The position numbers were made by a program, and so were the translations under genes. A DNA stretch of 64,000 nucleotides from Octopus sinensis (Eukaryota), in NCBI RefSeq assembly GCF_006345805.1, contig NC_043006.1, positions 10,974,001 through 11,038,000 of the forward strand, written 5' to 3'. Below, piece after piece: positions 25,661 through 38,334 of this stretch (the stretch's first letter is position 1; each line of letters opens with the position of its first letter). The notes beneath the pieces are model-generated. The model was given only the letters and a program-made list of their open reading frames with translations, had not been told where the DNA came from and did not search any database.

Positions 25661-26977
25661 ATCATTGGCCACAACACCAAATGTGTCATACTATCTGTTG
25701 CTGTTAATGTTTTCGACTGCATAGGAAAAGCACAGGCACTCACAAACGAGTGCACACGCACACACACACAAATATCTACACACGGGCATACATACGCACA
25801 CATACACACACTCTCTCTCACACACACAGTATAACTGAAAGGCTCCAATTTCCAGTACTCAGACATACCCGTTTCCGATCATCAGCTGGTAAAACTATCT
25901 TGTCATTTGAAATATTCTTTTAATATTTTTTTGGAAATATGAAATGAAGATATGATGAAAACGTGTGTCCTTATGTTCTTTCGTCCAAAAACCTTTGTGA
26001 ACGACACCTGCAAAAACGGATGCTTCAAGCTCACACTTTTGTTTTTATTTCATCGTAATAATAGTTTTATAAACGAAGGAAACTCCATTCAAGTAAAGTC
26101 ATGAGATTGCGTTGCCGTTTAAGTGATGTTCTAATACAATTATTTTGAAAACTCTGAGCCTGTAAGTGCATGTAGCTTTTCATTTTGAACGAGGTTGTAC
26201 CGAAGCATATATATATATTAATAGAGGGCACAAAAGTGACGGAGGATACTGACTAGCGCTACTTTTGTTAAAATAAGATAAATTAAAGCTAAAGCCACTA
26301 AAGCACTATACTTAACGACTAACAAAAGGTGTTAAGTCCATAGCCTACATAGCCGTGTCGCGATTACGAATTTTGATACCACCCTCTACCCTATACTGTC
26401 TTTCTCCTCCATCCTCCTCTAATTCCCTTTTTCTTCTCCTCACTCCTTCACTGTTTCCTGTTGGTCTCTGTCTCACTCCTTTCTCTCTCGTTGCTCACAC
26501 GTGATCATCGTCTATCTTTCTTTTTCTCATGTAATCATCTTTCTTTTCCTACATGGACATTTAAACGAGCGGACGTGTTTTCTCTCTCTCTCTCTTTTCT
26601 ATCTTCATTCTTTTCAAGAAAAATGTTTCTCCCAATCTTCACTATTTTCCTCTCGTTCTAGTCTAAGGACCCTCCATGCTTGTTTTCTTTCGGTTTCCTT
26701 TTATGTCTCCACTGTCATTTTTTAGTTCCCAAATTTAACCCGTCATAGATCCAAAATTTCATTTTAGAGTTTATGTGAACAACTGTCTTTGAAGGTTCAT
26801 ATTATCGTTCAGTGCTCGGAATGAGCCGACAACTGGTGAAAGGTCCTTTCTCTGTGTTAACTTGTTCTGTTTCCCATTTTCTTCTCGTTGTTTACGTATT
26901 TCACTTGTTTTTCTCTTGTTTGTTTACGTATTTTATGTTATTTGTACCGTTGGTGACGTCCTGTACCCATATATGCA

Positions 26978-27022
<45 letters not shown>

Positions 27023-27061
27023 GCACATGTTTAACTTACATATGTGTATGTATATATATAT

Positions 27062-27095
<34 letters not shown>

Positions 27096-27106
27096 ATATA
27101 TATATA

Positions 27107-27406
27107 TATAAAATATTATTAGAGACAAAACCACTATTTGCAAAACAAACAAGGAAAGACTTAATCAATACATAAAATTTTAATAAATAGTCAAAAAAAC
27201 CGCCACTACAATCGTTTCTTGTCTTGATCGACAATCTTCAGGTGGACTTCCAATAAGTCCGTTTCAAATTATGAAGATTGTCGATCAAGACAAGAAACGA
27301 TTGTAGTGGCGGTTTTTTTGACTATTTATTAAAATTTTATGTATTGATTAAGTCTTTCCTTGTTTGTTTTGCAAAATAGTGGTTTTGTCTCTAATAATAT
27401 TTTATA
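27107..27406. repeat. Near-perfect 134/135 bp inverted repeat with 31 nt spacer (head-to-head Penelope-type pLTR pair)
   Basis: Arms 27107-27240 and 27272-27406 are reverse complements except for one extra A at ~27375. Confidence 0.95.
27203..27245 (-). ncRNA. Minimal type I hammerhead ribozyme, canonical core
   Basis: CCAC-CUGAAGA-UUGUC(GAUCAA)GACAA-GAA-ACGAUUGU-A^-GUGG. Confidence 0.75.
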
Positions 27407-27490
27407 ATATTTTACTATAAAATTGGATTTAATCCTAAATCTGATTTTTTTCCCTGTAAATTGGATTTATTCCCTAATATTTATTATTAT

Positions 27491-27561
<71 letters not shown>

Positions 27562-27571
27562 CATATATATA

Positions 27572-27730
27572 TAGGGAGTGTTTACGAAAAAAACAAAAGA
27601 TGAAGACAGGTGGTGTACAAAACAAACAGATTTATTAGTATAACGCTCAGGAATTGAAAAAGTCTTTTACGTTTCGAGCCTACGCTTTTCTACAGAAAGG
27701 GACCACAAAAAAACAAGGAGAGAAACAAGG
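27572..27730 (-). mobile_element. Family H: Penelope-type pLTR fragment with variant HHR-like motif (27664-27699)
   Basis: Homologous to 29008-29199 and 36305-36506; ends in (TA)n. Confidence 0.6.
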
Positions 27731-28601
27731 ATATATATATATTATATATATATATATAATTTATTATTTATATATATACATATGCACATGTATACTTATA
27801 TATGCTATATATATACACTATATATATTTGTGCGTATGCCTATGTATATTAATGACTGTGTTTATGTAAAATTATAGAGAAACTCAGTTGTACGTTACAT
27901 TGAAGTGAAGAATCACTCTAAACATTTTAACAACGTATAAACGAAACTTCAATTATCAGCCTTTTCTTCCAAATAAATATACATATACATACATACATAC
28001 ATAAATACGTACGTACATAGATACGTACGTACATACATACATACATATATACATACATACATACATGCATACATACATACATACATACATACATACATAC
28101 ATACATACATACATACATACATACATACATACATAATACATACATACATACATACATACATGCATACATACATACAAATGTGAGTGAATGTGAAATAATT
28201 GCTCAATAAACAAGTGTGGGCGAAAAGATAAGTAAATGACTTTTTGTTTTCCGGATTTCAGCCGCATGAGACTTATTATTAGAATTAATTGGTTTATAAA
28301 CCATTCTTTCAACAAAAAACTTAAAAGGATATAACACTTTGTCTTGCTTTCGATTTCAGCTTTTAGTGTTTGTTTTCTTAATATACAGACACTAATTGCG
28401 CTCTTCATAAATTTTGTTGGTATTTATCTTGATTGTTACAACTAAGCAAGATATAGACACATAAAACTGTTTACCATATTTGATGACATCTATAGATACA
28501 CACACATCACCTGGTTTTATAGTTTCCTTCATGAATTCGAGCAACATAGTTTCGATTTCATAGCTTTACCAAAAGGAAATATAGAATAATAAAGCGTGTT
28601 G

Positions 28602-28641
<40 letters not shown>

Positions 28642-29007
28642 TATATAATTTTATATATATAATTTAAATAATGAGGGAGATAAATAGATTATTAATTTGA
28701 TTAATATCAATTTAAAACCAGTAGCCTAGCATATAAAAGATCTGAAAAATCAGAAAAAAATTCAATGCATCTGTATATTTAGGGATAAACCACTAGGTGG
28801 ATAACCATTCGCTAGAAGAAGATCACATACATCTAGCTACAAAGAAAAAATGTTCTCCAGAGAAAATTCAGTGAACACCAGAACGTAAGCGAGAAAGACA
28901 GATGAAAATTATCTAAAATCAAAAATTAATCGTATACCGGTTTTGTCTAATACCGAATAAATTACGTAATCCTTCCTCCGCTGACTCATCAATACGATCG
29001 TTCACAC

Positions 29008-29195
29008 ACGCCATGATAGATCTTTAGCTCCTACACGCATTTCTTTCTCTCCTTGTTTTTTTCTGTGTATCTTTCTGTCGAAGAGCGTAGGCTCGAAACG
29101 TAAAAGACGTTATCTATTCCTGAGCGCTATACTAATACATTTGTTTGTTTGTACTCCAGCTGCCTTCGTCTTTTGTTTATTTTCGTAAACTTTTC

Positions 29196-29199
<4 letters not shown>
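29008..29199 (+). mobile_element. Family H: Penelope-type pLTR fragment with variant HHR-like motif (29070-29107)
   Basis: UCUUU-CUGUCGA-A-GAGC(GUAG)GCUC-GAA-ACGU-A^-AAAGA; ends in (TA)n. Confidence 0.6.
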
Positions 29200-29244
<45 letters not shown>

Positions 29245-29455
29245 AATAAGAATCAGAAGTAGCTCGGGGTATGTTTCAAAATCGAATACACATACTCAAG
29301 ATGAGTGTGTTGTTAATTCGTGGTTCGGCTCTGTTTTTTTAAAGGTAAATTTTTTTTTCAATGTCCCTTGTGTTAAAACACCTGAAAGTAAGTCATAAGC
29401 AAAGAAACAACTCACATCACGACCCTTCTAGGTGTGAAAGTCATCGATGTTTCAT

Positions 29456-29490
<35 letters not shown>

Positions 29491-31297
29491 TAGTAGTAGT
29501 AGTAGTAGTAGTGGACTGTTATGTTTGAGAAAAATTTTCCAATAATAATTTAGTTGGTCGATGTTATTTTTTTTTTTAAATAAAATATATAAATTGATAA
29601 AACCCAGTGAAGTGGCAGAAACGTTTTAGCACCGGATTAAAAGTTTTTCAATGTTAAATTTCGGCGTTCTATACTTCAGTTCAAATATTATTGAGCTTAA
29701 CTTTCATTGCCATCACACCAGTGGTCGATGAAATAAGTTCGAGGCATGTATTTAGATCAATGCAATCGACTAAAATTTACAGATCTATGAATTTTCTCAA
29801 TGTAATTAATATTGATATTTTTGTAACCTCTTAACCTCAATATCAATATTCTCTTTTTACGAAAACAAAATGGAGTATATAACGACTCGGCTCAAATACT
29901 TTAGCATTCGTATTTATTTTAACGATAGCAAATATTTGGAACACAAACTTGGCCCCAGGTGATTCTGAATTCCGAAATAAACACACCGATTAGAAATTAT
30001 GTGAAATATATAAGATCGTTTTAAACACAACACTACCCTCCGCACCCCACCCCACAAAGCAAAGTTGTGATTTTGAAAACAACACAAGTGTTATAGTATC
30101 GACTGATGTAAAATGTGGGAGACAAAATTCGTGTTAACCATGTTTGTCGGATAAATATAAATATTTTTTTTACAATAGCATTGTCATTGTAAATACACCG
30201 CTTATTTCGTTGAGGGTATACGTTTATGGGTTAGCCAAAACTGGGAAATCAGCGTCAATGGGTATATTGTTGGACTTGTGAGGAATGAAAGGAAAATTTT
30301 GAAACACTGAAATGCGCTTCCGATCTGAATGCTTTAAATGGAATAAACTCCGCTATAAAGACTTATGAGATGGGCAGCGGGCTTGAACTCAGTCCCAGAT
30401 GAAGTTTACATACGTCTTCCCTTCCATATTCTTATTCTTACACCACGGTTCATTTTCCCTACTTATCACTTTCTGTCCCTCTCTTTCTCTCACCCTCTCA
30501 TTACTTAATATTTTCTTCTCCTTTTAGCTATGTCCTATCCGCTTGGATATAAACTGTCCAAATCTTGATATAAAATGCCTAAATCTATATATGAAACGTT
30601 TATTTTAGTGTATCGTATATATATTTTGAAATGTTCTAACTGAGAAAGATGTTATGTAAAAGATGAATTTCTCTTGTTCTCTTACATAATCATCTGAAAC
30701 ACATGTATTAAATGCATTCAGAATATAAGGCAATAGATTGGTGCACGAAACTAAAATACCATGCTGCATTAAGTCCGCTTCTATTGCTTCACTTTACTTC
30801 TGTTCGAACTCTCAGCCCGCCCTCCAGCAAGATCGATAACATAATATCAAAGAAAATACCGAGCCTGATACCATCGACCAAAATCGTGGCCCCAAAATAC
30901 CCGCATCTGAATGACTGAAACCAAGAAAGAAACATAAAAATCCGAGTTTCATTAGAACGAGTAGGTTTCGAAACCACGCAGATACTTTCCCATTGACATT
31001 TAACAACTTGACCATCATGCTTGAAAGATTTTGCTTCGTATTTTCAACGAAATATTCATCTTTGTGTGTCTGAAAACAGGAAAATGATGTTTAGGAGACT
31101 GATATAATTTAGTGAATAGTTATGGAGTAACCATTTGACTCTCGCTGAATGTGTCACCCACATGAACGTTGGTTTCTTTTGCCTTTTGTTGCTTTGTTTT
31201 ATAACATGAGTACCTAAGTTAGTCTGAGCATCGATTACCTTGTACAGGAGATGCCAGTATTTGTACAAGAGATGCCAGTATTTGCGATGACAAAATA

Positions 31298-32566
31298 TTA
31301 GGTTTGTCCGAAAATAATGTCCGTTCTAAGTGCTGTTTTGAAACGAAATTTTTTCATAGTATTCTAATTATATTTTAGGTGAATTACGACATACCTAATA
31401 ATTGATGCATGCTCTTTAATAATTTTCTACTTATTTCGGACAGAAAACATTATTGAAGCATAGACACCTTTAATCATGAACGTGACAAAAATGGTCCTTC
31501 ACTTACTTTTCTTGCATGAGTTCAAGATTGGGCACAATGCCTCCCTACCGCTGCCAATATCAACAGAGCATAGGGAGAGGGGTCCACTAGTGATCGCACA
31601 GTACGAAGATGGTTTCAGAAATCTGTAGTGGTGATGAGAGCGTGAAGATGAAGAAGGTAGAGCACGGTCATGTAGTCTTGACAATGAACAATTGAAATCA
31701 ATTGTTGAAGAAATCCCACGTCAAAGTGTCAGAAAAATTTCTCAGGCACTTGGTGCCGTTATTGCAACGGTCTCATGCAATCTTCAGAAGATTGGTAAGG
31801 TGAAAAGGCTCGATAAATAGGTATCGCATCAGCTCAATGAAAATCAAAAGTTCGGCGTTTTGAGGTGTGCTCAATATTCTTTCTGAGAAACACCAATGAT
31901 CCTTTTCTTGACCGGATAGTCACTTGTGACGAAAAGTGGATCCTTTATGATAACGTTAAACGATCTTGTCAATAACTTGATCGTGATGAGTCCCCCAAAC
32001 ATTTCTCAAAGCCAAATTTGCACCAGCAAAAGATTATGATGACTGCCTGGTGATCTGCAGTTGGTGCTATCCATTACAGCTTTCTGGAACCCAATCTACA
32101 GCAGAAGTTTACAGCAATCAATTCGCCGAAATGCATGCCCGCTTGCAGAAATGAGACCTGCATTGGTGAATCGGCATGACCCAATTGTGCTCCACGATAA
32201 TGCAAAGCCACATGTTGCAAGAATGACGCTGTAGAAACTCACAGACTTAGGATACGAGACTTTACCACATCTTTCATATTCTCCTGATCTTTCACCCACT
32301 GACTACCATTTTTTAAGCATTTAAACACGTTTTTAAGTGATAAAACTTTCGGGTCCAAACTGGAGGTGGAATCAGCTTTCAACGATTTCTTAGCAGTAAA
32401 GTCAATAACTTTTTATCAAAGAGGCATAAATAATCTCGTTGATCGATGGCAGAGATGCATATATGTTCAGGGTTCATACTTTGACTAATCAAAACATTTC
32501 TATTGTTAATTTTTCCTGAATAAAATTATGTTTCTGAAATCGGCCATTATTTTCGGAACAACTTAA
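31298..32566 (+). mobile_element. Full-length (1269 bp) decayed mariner, Hsmar1/cecropia-like
   Basis: Imperfect TIRs TTAGGTTTGTCCGAAAATAATGTCCG / TTAAGTTGTTCCGAAAATAATGGCCG with flanking TA; motifs RIVTCDEKWILYDN, LHDNAKPH, YSPDLSPTDYHFF; multiple stops and frameshifts. Confidence 0.9.
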
Positions 32567-33326
32567 TACATGCGATTTTCTCCTTAAGTTCCCCAAATAC
32601 ACGTCTTGAAAATCTGAATATTGGATTTATAGACACCAGATTGATTCCAATAGAGCATCCAGATGGACACTAACTTTAATGGACACTAAGGAATTTTTTT
32701 AATGATTGAAGGGAATAGGGGCTCATAACACTTAATCGGATGGTTGATCGTTCGTATCAACATAATACCTCCGCTTCTACGTCTTATGTGTACCCAGAGC
32801 ACTTAATTGCTAACGACTGATTAAGAAGGTAAGTCAATCGTTAATAAGGAGGTATTGCCTAGGAATACAATTTACCATTGTTAGCAGGAGATATTTATTC
32901 AAATTCTTCTACAACAAAAGCTACACACCAAAATCTATTATCTAATATCTAGTATCAACTTAACATTATAAAGACAGAACTAAGTATAAGACAAACGAAT
33001 AACTTTGATTCAGAAAAGAGAAATCTTTTATTCTTGATAACTACATTTAAAATATGAAAAAGCAATGATAGTGCAACTTCGATGATGTCGTTTCATTCAC
33101 TACACTTAATTGCTAACTTCTTTCAAATCGTGGGTTAAGTTCTGAGGAGAATCGAACATTTCAGTGGACGCTGTAGGTTTAGATATATGAAGCATATGGC
33201 ATGGCGACGTCTGGTAATGTGTAGTCGGCCTAAGACTAAACAATTAAAACCACAATAAAAACAACCATTATGTGAGAAACTAGTGTAAGTATATATATAA
33301 GATAGTGGTATATATAAGGTTTTGAA

Positions 33327-33929
33327 GGCGGCGAGCTGGCAGAAACGTTAGTACGCCGGGTGAAATGCTTAGCGGTATTTCGTCTGCTGTTACGTTCTGA
33401 GTTCAAATTCCGCCGAGGTCGACTTTGCCTTTCATCCCTTCATAATCGATTAAATAAGTACCAGTTACGCACTGGAGTCGATACAATCGACTTAATCCCT
33501 TTGTCTGTCCTTGTTTGTCCCCTCTGTGTGTAGCCCCTTGTGGGTAGTAAAGAAATAAGTATTTCGTCTGCCGCTACGTTCTGAGTTGCAATTCCGCCGT
33601 GGTCGACTTTGCTTTTCATCCTTTCGGGGTCGATAAATTAAGTACCAGTTATGCACTGGGGTCGGTATAATCGACTTAATCCGTTTGTCTCTCTTGGTTT
33701 GTCCTCTCTATCTTTAGCTCCTTGTGGGTAGTAAAGAAATAGGTATTTCGTCCGTTTTTACGTTCTGAGTTCAAATTCCGCTGATGTCGACTTTGCCTTT
33801 CATCCTTTCAAGGTCGATTAAATAAGTACCAGTCACGCACTGGAGTCGATATAATTGACTTAATCCGTTTGTCTGTCCTTGTTTGTCCTCTCTGTGTTTA
33901 GCCCGTTGTAGGTAGTAAAGAAATAGGTA
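33327..33929 (+). mobile_element. SINE family A, head + 3 units
   Basis: Junctions at ~33557 and ~33743. Confidence 0.85.
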
Positions 33930-35035
33930 TATATAACTTTCCACGTGTACAGGCCAAATGATAAGCCACGGGTGCTTAGTGTCTTCATGGAGGATTAATA
34001 GAGACCACCGTCGTTGCATGCGTTGTCTTAGGCATTTTATACCGAGAGGTATGCAGCGCTCTCCATGTTTGAGCGTATCTGATTTCCTCCAATTTCCATG
34101 AATAGAGGGCCTATGGAAATATCCATAAACTCTATAAAGATCGATATCTATTACCAACTCAAGTATTTGATGTGTCATAATTTCAATTTTAATTACAAGT
34201 ATTTTGTTTTATTTATTCTTCTTTGTTATTGTATTATATATATATATATAAATACATTCATGTTTGTTTTATAATTCAAAAATAGATACATAGTACGATA
34301 TATTACATCGTAATTCCAGGATTATCAGAAATGGATATTATAGTTTAGAGAGAAACCAATAAAAGATTAAATGTCAGTATGGTAGCCCTCTTCCTACGGC
34401 TTCGTCTTTGCAAAATATGACAAATTGAAAATGAATTTAATAAAGACAAAAATATCCAGAAGACATGGAGAAACTAGCAAACGCTTTATTCATAATTACT
34501 AAAAATAAGCTCTGCATAGTTGCATGTTTCGTGTCGTCTGCTTCATACAGCATAATATGTGTATGTAGCAGCCCAAATATATAAGCTGGATTTCAATAAC
34601 GATGACGTCAATTTATTTATATTTATATTGCTATTTTTCTCAATGCACTATTAATAGAGAACGAGTAGTACTGCATAAAGAATGCCACAGACTCAATTTT
34701 GAATAAATATTCTCATGTAGGAAACAATTTCATGTTTATAGTCAATACGAAGACACTGTTGTATTGTTACGTTCAGACATTCCTGTAGGATACCATTGTA
34801 AGTCAAAATAATTAAACTATTAAATCTCTGTATTTATTCTCCTTGCTTTTTTACCAAACTGTTGAAAACTTATTTAGTCACGTTTCATACATGCATATAC
34901 TTTATATAAATATATATATATTATATATATATATATAATATATATATTTGAATATATATATATATATATATATATATTTGAATATATATATATTATATAT
35001 ATATATATATATTGCATATGCATATGTATATATTT

Positions 35036-35075
<40 letters not shown>

Positions 35076-35245
35076 CATATACATATGCGTTTATTTATTT
35101 ATACATACATATTATATAGAGGGAAATACATACATAGATATGTATATATAAAGATATACGTATATAAATCTGTGTATATACACGAAGCATGATTTAATAA
35201 GGTTACGTATATATTTTATATATACATATGTGCATATATGTATGC

Positions 35246-35281
<36 letters not shown>

Positions 35282-35730
35282 GTTTATTTATTTATACATA
35301 CATATTTTATACATACATATGTGCATATATGTATGCATGTATATATATATATATATATATATATACGTTTATGCGTTTTTTCGCAAAATTCCTGATATGA
35401 AATCGTGCGTTGAAATAAATATTATTATATTTAGAGATGGGCATTTTGCTTTTTATTTTTTTGTTTTGACAATTAACCACGCGCACTATTTTCTTATTCT
35501 TCACTTCAGTTTTACTGCTATTCTTATTTTAGTGTCCCTTGCATAAAATTAGTGATATTTGGTCGAGTCTGTATGATGTACGCAAATTTATGCATGGGCG
35601 AGATACACACACACACGCATACTCACACAAACGCACACACATATATGCACATATATGTATATATATAAATATATAAATATAAATATATATATAAATATAA
35701 ATATATATATATATACATATACAATATATA

Positions 35731-36298
35731 TTTTGTTGCCTGGAAAGTTCATGTCAACTTTTAAAGGAAAGAAAAAGATCAATAAATACTTGCCATTACA
35801 TTCTTAATCAGCCAAATTTGAACCATTTTGATTCGCAATGCGTCTCCATCTTTCCTTTAACTTGAAAATATACTCTTCCCTGAACTGAGGTGGTTTCATG
35901 GCAAAGAATTCATCAAGGTATCTTTTTACGTCATCCAAGAAATTGAAATTTTTTCCGTTAAGACTATTCTGCAGAGACCTGAATAAGTGGAAATCCGAAG
36001 GAGCAATGTCTGGTGAATATGGAGGGTGGGGTAACACATCCCAGCCGAGCTGCAGCAATTTTTGTCCGGTTCCCAAAACATCAAGTGCCGAAAATTAACT
36101 TTCCTATCTTCCAATTTTAAATGGTTACAGAATTAACACAGATTATAGGAACATAAACCTTTTCCCCACGAAAATATAGCTTAAACTGTGATCTAAATGG
36201 AGGTGTAGTGAAAGCCTATTTTATGGACTCAACCATGTTCTAAAATAAGTCGAAATGTAAGCTGCTATAAATCGGCATGAACTCTCCGGACAACCCAA
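35731..36298 (-). mobile_element. Internally deleted mariner (568 bp)
   Basis: Imperfect TIRs TTGGGTTGTCCGGAGAGTTCATGCCGA / TTTTGTTGCCTGGAAAGTTCATGTCAA flanked by TA; N-terminus MEDRKVNFRHLMF joined to C-terminus QKLLQLGWDVLPHPPYSPDIAPSDFHLFRSLQNSL. Confidence 0.9.
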
Positions 36299-36304
36299 TA
36301 TATA

Positions 36305-36506
36305 TCGCCATGATAGATCGGTAGCCACTACACACATTTTTTTTTCTTTCCTTGTTTCTCGCCTTGTTTTTCTGTGTCCCTTTCTGTAGAAAAGCGTAGG
36401 CTCGAAACTTAAAAGACTTTTTCTATTCCTGAGCGTTATACTAATACAGCTGTTTGTTTTGTACACCACCTGTCTTCGTCTTTTGTTTCTTTCGTAAACT
36501 CTCCCT
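36305..36506 (+). mobile_element. Family H pLTR fragment, HHR-like motif damaged (36380-36416)
   Basis: Homologous to the 29008 copy; stem III ACGU mutated to ACUU. Confidence 0.6.
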
Positions 36507-36599
36507 ATATATATATATATGTGTGTGTGTGGGGGGGGGTGTTTGTGCGTGTGTGCATACATATATATATATATTGCATATGCATATGTATATATTTAC

Positions 36600-36648
<49 letters not shown>

Positions 36649-36664
36649 ATATGTATCTATACAT

Positions 36665-36820
36665 GTTTGTGCGTGTGCTTCTTTCGGTTTCCGTCTTCCA
36701 AATCTTCACATTAGACTTGGGTCGACCCGAGGTATAGTAAAAGGCACTTGCCTAAATGCCCCACCGTGGGACTGTTCCCAAGGTCACATGGTTGGGGAGC
36801 GAGTTTGTTAATCACATACC
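36665..36820 (-). mobile_element. SINE family C, 5' half, diverged
   Basis: TTTCGGTTTCCGTCTTCCAAATC..GACCCGAGGTATAGT..GGGACTG. Confidence 0.65.
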
Positions 36821-37984
36821 TACTCTAGGACGTTTAGTCTATGACATTCGGAACGCTGATTGAATACGTTAAAAAGTTTATATTACATAGTAGTTCACCA
36901 GAGCTCACCATTCCAATTATGAACCTAAAGAATTCTTATTTAAGCAAAAGATCACTTTTACCTAAGTAATATTTAATGCTTATTTAAAGGAAATGGGAAC
37001 AGGAAATATACACGTCCTTCTCGATCTACAGTGTACTTCAGTAAATGGATACTTAAAACATAACAACTCTCAGATTGCACGCAAAGTGACAGCACCGTTT
37101 ACCACACACTAGAATATAAGAATGTTCTGTCATCTTATACATAAAGGATTTTTACACCACACCAGAGAACATCTACAGTTGTTGGAGAAGCAATATCCGC
37201 TCGGGGTGAAGAGAAACTGGAGATTTGAGGAAGCAACATCATCCGTTATATTCTCCTCTATGTTCATTGATAATTTTTAATACTTGCAAATTTCGCTCTC
37301 TCTCTTCTCTTTCCCACCTCTCTCCGCACCGCCCTCTCTCTTTTCATTCATTAATTTCCAGTGTTTTCTTTCGGACAAAATCAACCAAATGTTCTTTTCC
37401 TTTTTTTCGATTATACAATAATTATAAACATTATTAAGAGTTGGAGTTTAATATCCGCTTCATAATGATCGTTTTCTTATGTAGAAAGCATGCAGAAAGC
37501 AATCAAATCGGATCTTGTTCTATTCTATCGTAATTATCACATCAATACAAAGACCTTCAGGAAATGTAAGTCCACACGTAGCCGGCATTTTACCTAGATC
37601 CTCTACAGTTCTTTGTAATCGGACGTAACCGGATGCATTCATCAAATTAATTCCAATCACAATTTCCATATCATACACCATCGAAGAGAGATAATGAGAA
37701 TCGTGTAAATTAAGAGATTTTTGCTTGTTTCCAGACTAAATTCATCGCATGGTGTTTCACGTCAAATATCTGGAAGCTTCCTCAAAGTATTTGATTTGGT
37801 GTCAATGGGCTTTTTAACTATGGCATAGCATTTAATTAGAAGAGATTGTGTAACTGTTAGGTATAAATAGTTGTTTGCTTCACAAACAGAAACTTCGAGC
37901 ATGATTCCGCATACAAAATCGAAACACAGAAGTTAATATGATGGAGTTTTATCAGAATTTTAAAAAGTAAATTAATGTTATACA

Positions 37985-38275
37985 TAAACGTGTGCATGTG
38001 TATGCGTATGTGTGTGTGTGTGCTTGTTTGTGAGAGCGCACGTGTGTGTATGTATGTATATGTGTATGTGTGTACGTATGTGTATGTATGTGTATATACA
38101 TATATATATATGCATATATATATATACATACATATATACACATATATATATATACATATATATATATACATATATACATATATATATATATACATATATA
38201 TATACATATATATATATACATATATACATATATATATACACATATATATATATATATATATACAATATACATATA

Positions 38276-38332
<57 letters not shown>
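37985..38332. repeat. Long compound (TG)/(TA)/(TACA) microsatellite
   Basis: Direct reading; explains six overlapping low-complexity ORFs. Similar arrays at ~7790-7905, 8125-8305, 8900-9130, 21875-22075, 24850-25035, 27980-28175, 34900-35365, 41935-42180, 57225-57627. Confidence 0.95.

Positions 38333-38334
<2 letters not shown>

Noticed and set aside
25862-25890. CTGATGA..GAAAC motif on the minus strand (similar partial hits near 11160, 7917, 61531)
   Set aside because: No room or pairing for stem II and/or stem I.
28340-28410. Long-stem-II hammerhead on the minus strand (ATGAAGA..TTAGTGT/ACACTAA..GAAATCGAA)
   Set aside because: C3, U16.1 and stem I are all broken; at best a decayed relic.
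31240-31283. 21 bp tandem duplication just left of the mariner
   Set aside because: It lies outside the TA TSD; ordinary slippage duplication.
33771-34178. 135 aa ORF
   Set aside because: The C-terminal ~50 aa is SINE A sequence and the remainder has no recognisable motif.
34370-34440. LINE C-terminal zinc-knuckle remnant (LRLCKI*QIENEF)
   Set aside because: Too short and degenerate to support.
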